Below are positions 46,129-54,239 of a stretch of 64,000 nucleotides of DNA, piece after piece (the stretch's first letter is position 1; every line of letters begins with the position of its first letter). The notes below the pieces were generated by a model, which worked only from the letters and a program-made list of their open reading frames with translations, did no database searches and was not told the DNA's origin. The stretch comes from Acidimicrobiia bacterium (GTDB lineage: Bacteria > Actinomycetota > Acidimicrobiia > IMCC26256 > JACDBD01). The translations under genes were made by a program, and so were the position numbers. The stretch lies in assembly GCA_050743365.1 (NCBI GenBank), contig JBOGFI010000254.1:2473-66472 (forward strand), given 5' to 3'.

Positions 46129-47376
46129 ATGACTGCTCCGGCCCGGGGTGCGCCTGTGCGGCTCGACCCGGGCTCCTCGCCGCCTCCAGGTCGCCTCGGC
46201 CGCTTCGGCGAGTTCGGCGGCAGGTTCGTGCCCGAGACGCTCGTCCCCGCCCTCGAGGAGCTCGAGCGCGAGTTCCGCGCCGCGTGGTCGTCGGACGGGT
46301 TCCGCGGCGAGCTCGCCGGCCTGCTCACGACGTACGCCGGCCGCCCGACCCCGGTCACAGAGTGCAAGCGCCTGTCGGAGCGCCTCGGGGTGCGGGTGCT
46401 GCTCAAGCGAGAGGACCTCACTCACACCGGATCACACAAGATCAACAACGTCCTTGGCCAGGCGCTGCTCACCCGCCGCATGGGCAAGCACCGCGTGATC
46501 GCCGAGACCGGCGCAGGCCAGCACGGGGTTGCCACCGCCACCGCCGCGGCGCTGTTCGGCCTCGACTGCATGGTGTTCATGGGCTCGGTCGACATCGAGC
46601 GCCAGTCCCTCAACGTGTTCCGTATGCGGCTGCTGGGCGCCGAGGTCGTCCCGGTCGAGTCGGGGAGCGCCACGCTCAAGGACGCCATCAACGAGGCGCT
46701 GCGCGACTGGGTGGCGAGCGTCGAGGGCACGCACTACTGCATCGGCTCGGTCGTCGGCCCGCATCCGTACCCGTGGATGGTGCGGGAGTTCCAGCGGGTC
46801 GTGGGTGACGAGGCCCGCGAGCAGTGCCGGGCGGTGCTCGACGGCGCCGATCCCGATTACGTCGTGGCATGCGTGGGTGGCGGCTCCAACGCCATCGGGA
46901 CGTTCGCCGGCTTCGTCGACCTCGCGCACGTGCGGCTGGTCGGTGTCGAGGCGGGCGGGCTCGGCCCCGAGACCGGGAAGCACGGCGCGTCGGTCAACCG
47001 GGGTGTCCCCGGAGTGCTCCACGGCGCCTGCTCCCTGTTCCTGCAGGACGAGGACGGCCAGATCCGCGAGACCCACTCGATCAGCGCCGGGCTCGACTAC
47101 CCCGGCGTCGGCCCCGAGCACGCGAAGCTCGCCGCGAGCGGGCGGGCCGAGTATCCCTACGCCACCGACGACGAGGCCGTGGCCGGGTTCGAGCTGCTTG
47201 CCGTCACCGAGGGCATCGTGCCCGCGCTCGAGCCCGCGCACGCCATCGGATGGCTGGCCCGCGAGGCCGGCCGGGCGGTCCCGTCGGGCTCCACCGTGCT
47301 GGTGACGCTGTCGGGGCGCGGCGACAAGGACGCGGTGCAGGTGGCCGAGCGGCTCACCGGCGAGCGGCCCGAGTGA
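46129..47376 (+). CDS. trpB: Tryptophan synthase beta chain
   Basis: ATG 46129 within ORF 46036..47376. Sequence includes [15 protein letters not shown], the PLP lysine in [26 protein letters not shown] and GGGSNAIG. Confidence 0.95.
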   Translation: MTAPARGAPVRLDPGSSPPPGRLGRFGEFGGRFVPETLVPALEELEREFRAAWSSDGFRGELAGLLTTYAGRPTPVTECKRLSERLGVRVLLKREDLTHTGSHKINNVLGQALLTRRMGKHRVIAETGAGQHGVATATAAALFGLDCMVFMGSVDIERQSLNVFRMRLLGAEVVPVESGSATLKDAINEALRDWVASVEGTHYCIGSVVGPHPYPWMVREFQRVVGDEAREQCRAVLDGADPDYVVACVGGGSNAIGTFAGFVDLAHVRLVGVEAGGLGPETGKHGASVNRGVPGVLHGACSLFLQDEDGQIRETHSISAGLDYPGVGPEHAKLAASGRAEYPYATDDEAVAGFELLAVTEGIVPALEPAHAIGWLAREAGRAVPSGSTVLVTLSGRGDKDAVQVAERLTGERPE

Positions 47377-47406
47377 GAAGCGGGACGAGCACGGGATGAG
47401 CACGGG

Positions 47407-48201
47407 ATGAGGCTCGAACGCCACCTGCGGGCCCGGCGCGACCGGGGCCACAAGCTCCTGGTGCCCTACGTGACCGGCGGCCTCGGTGGAGCCTGGATCG
47501 ACGTGGTGCGGGCGGTGGCCGACGGGGGCGCCGACGCCATCGAGATCGGCATCCCGTTCTCCGACCCGGTGATGGACGGGCGCACGATCCAGGAGGCGTC
47601 GCAGCGGGCGCTGGCGCTGGGGGCGACACCGGCCAAGATCGTCGCCGAGGCCGGGCAGCTCGAGGTCGGGGTGCCCCTGGCCGTGATGACCTACTGCAAC
47701 CCGGTGCAGCACGCCGGCTTCGAGCGCTTCGCCACCGAGCTCTCCGAGTCGGGCATCGACGCCGCCATCGTGCCCGACCTTCCTCTCGACGAGCTCGACG
47801 TCCCGCCCGACGGCGACGCTAAGGGCTGGGGCGCCGCAGCCGGGGCGGCCGGGATCGAGACCGTCCTCCTCGCGGCGCCCACCACTCCCGACGATCGGCT
47901 GCGCGCGATCTGCGAGCGGTCGCAGGGCTTCGTGTACGGCGTGTCGCTCATGGGCGTCACCGGCGAGCGCGACCAGGTGGCGACGCAGGCGGGCGAGATG
48001 GGCCGACGCCTCAAGGCGGCGACCGACAAACCGGTGCTCCTGGGACTGGGCATCTCCACGCCCGCCCAGGCGGCCGAGGCAGCCGGGCTCGCCGACGGCG
48101 TGATCGTCGGCAGCGCGCTCGTGCGTCGGGTGCTGGACGGCGGCGGGCCCGAGGCGGCGGGGGCCTTCGTGGCGTCGCTACGGGAGGCTCTGGACGGGTG
48201 A
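47407..48201 (+). CDS. trpA: Tryptophan synthase alpha chain
   Basis: LVPYVTGG, DAIEIGIPFSDPVMDGRTIQ, MTYCNP, VPDLP, YGVSLMGVTG, GLGISTP. Confidence 0.95.
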   Translation: MRLERHLRARRDRGHKLLVPYVTGGLGGAWIDVVRAVADGGADAIEIGIPFSDPVMDGRTIQEASQRALALGATPAKIVAEAGQLEVGVPLAVMTYCNPVQHAGFERFATELSESGIDAAIVPDLPLDELDVPPDGDAKGWGAAAGAAGIETVLLAAPTTPDDRLRAICERSQGFVYGVSLMGVTGERDQVATQAGEMGRRLKAATDKPVLLGLGISTPAQAAEAAGLADGVIVGSALVRRVLDGGGPEAAGAFVASLREALDG

Positions 48202-48929
48202 AGAGCGAGATCCAGACCGCCACCATCAAGCTCGCGACCCCCGACGGGCCGATGGCCTGCTACGAGGCACGTCCGGCCGACGCCAAAGGCGCGGTCGTCG
48301 TCATCCAGGAGGCGTTCGGGGTCAACGACCACATCGAGGACGTCACGCGTCGCGCTGCCGCGGCGGGCTACCACGCGGTCGCGCCCCACCTGTTCCACCG
48401 GGCGGGGGGTGGCACCGCTCCCTACGGCGACTTCGCCAAGGTGCTGCCCCTGTACGAAGGCCTCACCGACGACGGCATCCTCGCCGACGTCGACGCCGTG
48501 CGCGAGCAGCTCGCCGGCGCGGGCTGGCGCGACGACCAGACCGGCATCGTGGGCTTCTGCTTCGGCGGCCGGGTCACCTTCCTCGTGGCCGCGGAGCGGC
48601 GTCTTGGCGCCGCGGTCGGCTTCTACGGCGGGGGCATCGTGACGCCGCGGTTCCCGCAGTTCCCGGCGCTGGTCGACCGGGCCGAGCGTCTCCGGACGCC
48701 GTGGCTGGGGCTGTTCGGCGACCGCGACGAGTCGATCTCGGTCGAGGACGTCGAGCGGCTCCGAGCCGCGCTGGCGGCCGCGCCGGTGCCGACGGAGGTC
48801 GTGCGGTATCCCGATGCCGGCCACGGGTTCCATTGCGACCAGCGCGACTCGTTCCACGCCGAGTCGGCCGCCGACGCATGGGAACGCACGCTCGCCTGGT
48901 TCGACCACCATCTCGCGGTGACGGTCTGA
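48198..48929 (+). CDS. Dienelactone hydrolase-family protein
   Basis: The GTG overlaps the trpA stop (GTGA). Sequence includes VVVIQEAFGVNDHI, the nucleophile GFCFGG, and DAGHGF. Confidence 0.85.
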   Translation: MKSEIQTATIKLATPDGPMACYEARPADAKGAVVVIQEAFGVNDHIEDVTRRAAAAGYHAVAPHLFHRAGGGTAPYGDFAKVLPLYEGLTDDGILADVDAVREQLAGAGWRDDQTGIVGFCFGGRVTFLVAAERRLGAAVGFYGGGIVTPRFPQFPALVDRAERLRTPWLGLFGDRDESISVEDVERLRAALAAAPVPTEVVRYPDAGHGFHCDQRDSFHAESAADAWERTLAWFDHHLAVTV

Positions 48930-49252
48930 TGGCAGATCCGGACGTTGCCGGGGTCGACGACTGCGACCTGTGCGAGGCGGCGCGCATGACGGAATGGTTC
49001 CATGAGGACGAGACGTGCTGGATCGCCGAGTGCGAGATCTGCGCGGTGCCGATGGTCGTCTGGCGCTCGCACGGCGCGGTCCCGCCCGAGGCGGACCGGG
49101 CCCACATGCTCGAGCAGCTCGGCCGGGTGGCGACCGAGCTGCTCGGCGAGCACTACCTCGACGGGCACATGCGCAACATCCCGGACCATTTCCACGTGCA
49201 CGCCCGCCCCAAGGGCGGCTTCTTCGGGCACGGCCTCCGCCGCCCAAGCTGA
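48929..49252 (+). CDS. Small Cys-rich HIT-like protein (107 aa)
   Basis: The ATG overlaps the upstream stop (TGATG). There is a histidine-triad-like DHFHVHARP, plus CDLC and CWIAECEIC. The overall order resembles a HIT fold, but the assignment is tentative. Confidence 0.6.
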   Translation: MADPDVAGVDDCDLCEAARMTEWFHEDETCWIAECEICAVPMVVWRSHGAVPPEADRAHMLEQLGRVATELLGEHYLDGHMRNIPDHFHVHARPKGGFFGHGLRRPS

Positions 49253-49259
49253 CGTTGCC

Positions 49260-49274
49260 GGGGGGGGGGGGGGG
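49260..49274 (+). repeat. Homopolymeric G15 tract between convergent genes
   Basis: 15 consecutive G, confirmed by two independent ORF-track translations crossing it (PGGGGGL and AGGGGGP). It starts 8 nt after the HIT-like stop and ends 32 nt before the cupredoxin stop. Confidence 0.9.
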
Positions 49275-49306
49275 CCTACCCGCCGCCTGACCAACGTCAC
49301 TGGGAA

Positions 49307-49825
49307 CTACAAGTAGCCGACGCCCGCGGCCGGCGCGGTGTCGGCCGGCGCGTCCGAGCCCTCCGGGCTCTGCCCTTCCTGCGTGAACACCGCGCCCTGC
49401 ATGCCGCGACCCCGGTGGAAGCGGCAGTAGAAGTTCAGGGCGCCGCTCTCGGGGACGGTCACCTCGACCGCGGCCGAGCTCCCGGGTTGGATCTCTTCGT
49501 CGATCTGCAACGAGTCGATCGTGAACGTGTGCGTGGCGTCGCCCCCGTTGGTGACGGCGACCGCCAGCGTGTCGCCGGGGGTGGCCTGGAGGAAGGTCGC
49601 GTCGAAGTAGAAGTCGTCGGCGTCGAGTGCGACCTCGCCGCCGCCCGTGACGTCCTCGGTGCCCTTGTCGGTCACCTCGCCGTCGAGGGCAACGGGCGCC
49701 CGGGCGGAGCCGCTGCCGGGGTCGGAGTCGGCCGAGCCGCCCGAGTCGTCCCCGTCGTCCCCACAGGCGGCGAGAGCGGAGGCCGCGACGGTGACGGCGG
49801 CGAGGACGACGAGGCTCCGGCGCAT
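49307..49825 (-). CDS. Cupredoxin (plastocyanin/amicyanin-like) lipoprotein
   Basis: The lipobox is ASALAAC. The type-1 copper ligands are THTF and YCRFHRGRGMQG (C-x2-H-x4-M). GGAGGA sits 6 nt upstream of the ATG. Confidence 0.8.
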   Translation of the reverse strand: MRRSLVVLAAVTVAASALAACGDDGDDSGGSADSDPGSGSARAPVALDGEVTDKGTEDVTGGGEVALDADDFYFDATFLQATPGDTLAVAVTNGGDATHTFTIDSLQIDEEIQPGSSAAVEVTVPESGALNFYCRFHRGRGMQGAVFTQEGQSPEGSDAPADTAPAAGVGYL

Positions 49826-49836
49826 CGGGAGCTCCT

Positions 49837-49885
49837 CCGGGTCGGGTTGGCGGGTCGGCCCGGGTCGGGTTGGCGGGCCGGGTTG
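49837..49885. repeat. Direct repeat CCGGGTCGGGTTGGCGGG x2 (period 23) plus a partial third, in the cupredoxin/ECF-sigma intergenic region
   Basis: Two perfect 18-nt copies at 49837-49854 and 49860-49877 are followed by CCGGGTTG. On the + strand they form a dense array of GGG runs. Confidence 0.85.
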
Positions 49886-49976
49886 CTGTCCTCGGGACTA
49901 CGAGCGGGACGGCCCGAGGGATTGCGCGGGGGTACGGTGGCGGTCAATCCGGCGGCCCCGCCCGCCCGTACCCTTT

Positions 49977-50537
49977 ATGTGGTCTGTCTCCGACGAAGCG
50001 CTTCTCGCCGGCCTCGCCACCGGCGACGCCGAGGCGGCCTCGGCCTTCGTACGCCGCTTCCAGCGCCGCGTCTACGGGCTGGCGCTGACGATCGTCGGCG
50101 ACGCCCGGGCCGCCGAGGACGTCGCTCAGGAGGCGTTCGTGCGGGCGTGGCGCCACGCCGGCGCTTACGACGCCCGCCGCGGGACGGTGGTCACCTGGCT
50201 GCTCACGATCGCCCGCAACCTCGCCATCGACGCGGTGCGGGTCCGTCGGCCGGTCACGCTCGAACCCGACGCGATCCTCGCCCTCGACCTGAGCGGCACC
50301 GAGCCGCTCCCGGACGAGCTCGTCGGCCTGCGCGACGACGCCGACCGGCTGCGCACGGCGATGGCCCGGCTCCCGGAGGGGCAGCGCCGCGCCCTGGTGC
50401 TCGCGGGACTGCTCGGCCACACGGCCCGCGAGGTCAGCGAGGCCGAGGGCATCCCGGTCGGCACGGCGAAGACCCGCATCCGCACCGGGCTGCTCCGGCT
50501 GCGGGCGGCGCTGGTGAGCGAGGAGCGGGCCGAATGA
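49977..50537 (+). CDS. ECF (sigma-70 group 4) RNA polymerase sigma factor
   Basis: ATG 49977 within ORF 49647..50537. Region 2 is DVAQEAFVRAWRH...WLLTIARNLAIDAVR. Region 4 is LPEGQRRALVLAGLLGHTAREVSEAEGIPVGTAKTRIRTGL. Confidence 0.9.
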   Translation: MWSVSDEALLAGLATGDAEAASAFVRRFQRRVYGLALTIVGDARAAEDVAQEAFVRAWRHAGAYDARRGTVVTWLLTIARNLAIDAVRVRRPVTLEPDAILALDLSGTEPLPDELVGLRDDADRLRTAMARLPEGQRRALVLAGLLGHTAREVSEAEGIPVGTAKTRIRTGLLRLRAALVSEERAE

Positions 50538-50583
50538 GCCCGATCGCGAGGGCGGGAGAATCCGGGCGAACGGGGACGGCCCG

Positions 50584-51252
50584 ATGGGCGCGATGAGCTG
50601 CGCCGAGGTGCGGGACCTCGCGCCCGAGCTGACGCTGGGCGTGCTCGGGGGCGCCGAGCGGGCCGAGGCGATCCTTCACGTGGACGAGTGCATGCCGTGC
50701 CGCTCCTTCGTGGGCGAGCTGACGGACGCTGCCGACACGCTCCCGCTGCTCGTCCCCGAGGCCGAGCCCCCGCCCGGATTCGAGCGGCGCGTCCTGTCGT
50801 CGATGGGCGGCGGGCGGCGGCGCGCGATCCGGCGTTGGGCCACGGTGGTGGCAGCCACGGCCGCCGCCGCCACGATCCTGAGCATCGTCGCGGTGCGCCT
50901 CGTCGACCGCGGCCGCGAGGAGCCGCCGGCGGCGCAGCGGACGGCGATCAGCGAGACGCGCTCACTGCCGATGGTGGATGCGACGGGGCAGAACGTCGGG
51001 TGGGCGTTCGTGTCGGACGGGCGGCCGGCGGCGGTGGGCGTCTCGGTCGCCTACTCGCTGCCAACGGGGAGGTACGACATCGACCTGCTCCCCGGCGGCG
51101 GCGGCCGCCCGGTGGAGCTCGGGAGCATCGACGTGACCGGGGGTGGGGGCTCCTGGGCGGGGACCGCCAGGCTGCCCGAATCCGGCTCGGCCTCGATCGC
51201 CCTCGTCGACGCCACGGGCACCATCGTGTGCCGGGCGGCGTTCCCCGCGTAG
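50584..51252 (+). CDS. Anti-sigma factor (zf-HC2 N-domain, one TM, extracytoplasmic domain)
   Basis: The zinc-binding anti-sigma motif is H-x3-C-x2-C (ILHVDECMPC). A TM follows (WATVVAATAAAATILSIVAV). It lies directly downstream of the ECF sigma. Confidence 0.7.
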   Translation: MGAMSCAEVRDLAPELTLGVLGGAERAEAILHVDECMPCRSFVGELTDAADTLPLLVPEAEPPPGFERRVLSSMGGGRRRAIRRWATVVAATAAAATILSIVAVRLVDRGREEPPAAQRTAISETRSLPMVDATGQNVGWAFVSDGRPAAVGVSVAYSLPTGRYDIDLLPGGGGRPVELGSIDVTGGGGSWAGTARLPESGSASIALVDATGTIVCRAAFPA

Positions 51253-51264
51253 GTCAACCCCATT

Positions 51265-51307
51265 GATGCGTGCATCAACCGCGCCTGGCGCGGTCTGTGC
51301 ACGCATC
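51265..51307. terminator. Bidirectional hairpin between convergent genes
   Basis: A 10-bp outer stem GATGCGTGCA/TGCACGCATC encloses a second near-palindrome ACCGCGCC-T-GGCGCGGT. There is no clear U-tract. Confidence 0.45.
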
Positions 51308-51319
51308 GGGCAAATGCCG

Positions 51320-52117
51320 TCATCGCAGGCGTTCCTGTAGGAAGTCGAGCACCTGGTCGAGCGCGGCGCGGGTGGGATGCCCGGGCTCGTCGACGAGGTC
51401 GAGCGTGAGCACCGAGTGCGCCGACCGCTTGATCCCGTGCGGGTTGCCGGGACCGGAGTCGATCTCGACCGCGATGAACCCGTCGCCCAGCTCACGCCGC
51501 AGCGTCTCGAACCGCTCCGGGGGAGAGAGCCGGTCTGCGGTGAAGCGCAGCCCGAGCACGCACACCCCCTCCGTCGCCACCCGCTCCTTCACGCGGGCCA
51601 GGTCGTCGGGGCTGGTGGCGAGGGCACGGTGGCGCTTTCGCCCCGGGCCGAGTGGGAGCGACGGCTGGCTCAGCACGGGAGCGAGGATCTCGTCGTCGAC
51701 CGCCATCCCGAGCGCGAACCCGCCGGTGAAGCACATGCCGACCACGCCCACCCCGGGCCCGCCGCACTCGGCGTGCGCGTCGGCGGCGAGCTTGCGCAGC
51801 CAGCCGATGATGGGGCTGGTGCGGTCGAGGGCGAAGGCGGCGAACTCCCGGGTCACGCAGGTGCGCCCCAGCGACCGCACGGTGTAGGGGATGCTGAACG
51901 CCTTGCCGGGCGTCCCGAACAACGACGGCATGACGACCGTGAACCCGGCGTCGACCACTCGCCGGCCGAACGCGGCGACCGGGGGAGTGATGCCGGGCGC
52001 CTCGTGGATCACGACGACCGTCGGGCCCGTTCCCGCCCGGAAGATCCGGCGCGAAGTGCCGCCGTGGGTGAAGCTCGCCTCGGTGAAGCCGGGAAGCACG
52101 GGTTCGGTCACAGCCAT
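51320..52117 (-). CDS. Dienelactone hydrolase-family protein (second copy)
   Basis: ATG 52117 within ORF 51320..52387. Sequence includes VVVIHEAPGI and the nucleophile GMCFTGG. Confidence 0.8.
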   Translation of the reverse strand: MAVTEPVLPGFTEASFTHGGTSRRIFRAGTGPTVVVIHEAPGITPPVAAFGRRVVDAGFTVVMPSLFGTPGKAFSIPYTVRSLGRTCVTREFAAFALDRTSPIIGWLRKLAADAHAECGGPGVGVVGMCFTGGFALGMAVDDEILAPVLSQPSLPLGPGRKRHRALATSPDDLARVKERVATEGVCVLGLRFTADRLSPPERFETLRRELGDGFIAVEIDSGPGNPHGIKRSAHSVLTLDLVDEPGHPTRAALDQVLDFLQERLR

Positions 52118-52124
52118 GTAACTC

Positions 52125-53711
52125 CTATATCTCGGACGGGCTGATCTCGTCGAGCTTGCGGTCGGCCGGTTCCGGGAGCCAGGGCACGACGAGGGCGGCG
52201 GCGGCAAGGGGAGCGAGGCCGCACAGCGCGATCGCGGGCCCGAGCCCCCCGACGACGCTGTCCAGGTTCGTGGCGACGAGAAGGCCCGTTGCCGAGCCGG
52301 CGACGCCGCACACGAGCAGCAGGGCGTTCGACGTGCTGCGCACTTCCGTAGGGAACAGCTCGGTGTCGAGGGTGCCGAGCGCAACACCCGAGCACGCCGC
52401 GGCCACGATCGCGATCGTGGACGTCAGCCAGAGCACCGCGCCACTCCCCACGAAGAACAGCATCTGGATGACGCTCGCAACCGCCAGTGTCACGATTCCG
52501 ACGGGCTTGCGGCCTCGCGTCTCCGCGATCCTTCCCCCGAGCACGATGCCGAAGAAGCCGGGGAGCCCGTTCGTCACGCCCCGGAACAACGCGATGGCCG
52601 AGTTGGAGAAGCCGTGCTCGTCGGTGAGAAAGCGGTTCGTGAGCTGGGCCGACGGGGCGCTGAACACGTTGGTGAGGAACGCCGCCAGTGCGAGCAGCAG
52701 GAACCGTGAGCCGTAGAACCGGCCGAACACCTCGCCGACGCGACCCCGGGCATCGGTACGGGCGGCGAGGTTGGCGTAGCGAGGAGTCTCGCGCAGATTG
52801 CGCGCCAGGCGCGGCAACAACCCGATCGAGGCCGCGCTCAGCGCGAACACGACCCGCCACCCGTTGTCGCCGAGGTCGGAGATCGGGAGGAACACCACCG
52901 CGATCGCGAAGCCGGCGCCGCCCGCGAGCGCGAGCATCGACACCGCGAACGCACGGGCGCCGTCGGGGGCCTCCTCGACGACAGTGATGGCGCCCACGAC
53001 GAGGGCCGATGTGCCGAACGCGCGTGTGAGGAGTTGGGCACCGGTGAAGACGGCGAAGCCGGGGGCGACGGCCGAGACCGCGTTGGTCACGCACACCCCG
53101 GCGAAGCACACGATCAGGAGTTGCCGCCGCCCCCGCCGGTCGGCGAGGGCGGTGGCCACGAGGGCGACGAGCACCCCGGAACGGGTGACCGCGAGGGCGA
53201 TGCCGAGGTCCCGGTTCGAGGCGTCGAACGAGCCGATCACGGAGTCGGCGTTCTGGCCGAACAGAGCGCCGCCGAAGTTCGCGAGCGCGGTGAGCGCGCA
53301 GACCGTGGCGAGCGCGGCGGCGGCGCTGGGCGTGAACGTCACCGGCGGCAGCAGCGCCGAGCGCTTGGGTGGGTTCGGCGGTTCGGCATCGGTCAGCGCG
53401 GCTCTGAGGCGGTCGGCCTGGTGGCGGAGCGCCCGCACCACGTTGCGCCCGACCAGCGGTCCCACGAACCAGCGGAAGTAGGGGAGGTCGAACGCGACGT
53501 CGGCCTCGAGGGCCAGCCGGGTGAGGCCTCCCCCCGGGCCGTCGACCACCTCGACCCGCAGCCGGGCGTCGTCGTCGACGGTCCCGGCGAGGGCGCCGGT
53601 GAGTGCGCCGTCGGGCCCGCGCGTCAGACCCAGCACCTGCTGCGCGGTCTCGAGCACGCGGCTTTCGGGCGCGTCGAAGGCGGCGAGCATCCGGTGGCGC
53701 ACGTGCGGCAT
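52125..53711 (-). CDS. MFS transporter with an N-terminal soluble extension of about 110 aa
   Basis: ATG 53711 within ORF 52125..54044. There are about 12 TM segments and the MFS loop motif ADRRGRR. The N-terminal 110 aa are non-membrane (possibly SRPBCC-like). Confidence 0.85.
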   Translation of the reverse strand: MPHVRHRMLAAFDAPESRVLETAQQVLGLTRGPDGALTGALAGTVDDDARLRVEVVDGPGGGLTRLALEADVAFDLPYFRWFVGPLVGRNVVRALRHQADRLRAALTDAEPPNPPKRSALLPPVTFTPSAAAALATVCALTALANFGGALFGQNADSVIGSFDASNRDLGIALAVTRSGVLVALVATALADRRGRRQLLIVCFAGVCVTNAVSAVAPGFAVFTGAQLLTRAFGTSALVVGAITVVEEAPDGARAFAVSMLALAGGAGFAIAVVFLPISDLGDNGWRVVFALSAASIGLLPRLARNLRETPRYANLAARTDARGRVGEVFGRFYGSRFLLLALAAFLTNVFSAPSAQLTNRFLTDEHGFSNSAIALFRGVTNGLPGFFGIVLGGRIAETRGRKPVGIVTLAVASVIQMLFFVGSGAVLWLTSTIAIVAAACSGVALGTLDTELFPTEVRSTSNALLLVCGVAGSATGLLVATNLDSVVGGLGPAIALCGLAPLAAAALVVPWLPEPADRKLDEISPSEI

Positions 53712-53753
53712 GCTACGGCCCCTTTCCTCCGCCTGACCGGGGAGGGAGATGGC

Positions 53754-54218
53754 ATGCCCAAGCTGAAGCCCGGCGACAGGGCACCCGAGTTCGCGCTCAG
53801 CGACCAGCGCGGGAAGACAGTGAGGCTGAAGGACTTCCGGGGCAAGCGCCTCGTCGTGTACTTCTACCCGAAGGCCGACACCCCGGGCTGCACGACGCAG
53901 TCGTGCGCGGTGCGCGACGCGCACCCGGCGCTGAGCAAGTTGAAGGCCGCGGCGGTGAGCATCAGTCCCGACGCGCCGCCGCGCCAGCAGAAGTTCGACG
54001 AGAAGTACCGCCTCGGCTTCCGCCTCCTCGCCGACGAGGACCACCAGGTGGCCAGCGCGTGGGGCGTGTGGGGCGAGAAGTCGATGTACGGCAAGAAGTA
54101 CATGGGGATCGTGCGCTCGGCGTTCGTCGTGGACGAGAAGGGCAAGATCGTCGACGCGTTCTACAAGGTGAGCCCCAAGGACACGGTCCCGAAGGTCACT
54201 GCCATCCTCGAGGGCTGA
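53754..54218 (+). CDS. bcp: Peroxiredoxin Bcp (thiol peroxidase)
   Basis: APEFALSDQRGKTVRLKDFRGKRLVVYFYPKADTPGCTTQSC, with an AhpC/TSA fold and CxxxxC. Confidence 0.95.
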   Translation: MPKLKPGDRAPEFALSDQRGKTVRLKDFRGKRLVVYFYPKADTPGCTTQSCAVRDAHPALSKLKAAAVSISPDAPPRQQKFDEKYRLGFRLLADEDHQVASAWGVWGEKSMYGKKYMGIVRSAFVVDEKGKIVDAFYKVSPKDTVPKVTAILEG

Positions 54219-54239
54219 TCACGCCGCGGGTTCACCCGC

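Noticed and set aside
51265-51274. Similarity of the GATGCGT core in the 51265 hairpin to the marR operator arm (GATGCGTCA at 2289)
   Set aside because: Only 7 nt are shared, the contexts differ (terminator-like hairpin versus promoter), and chance is the most likely explanation.
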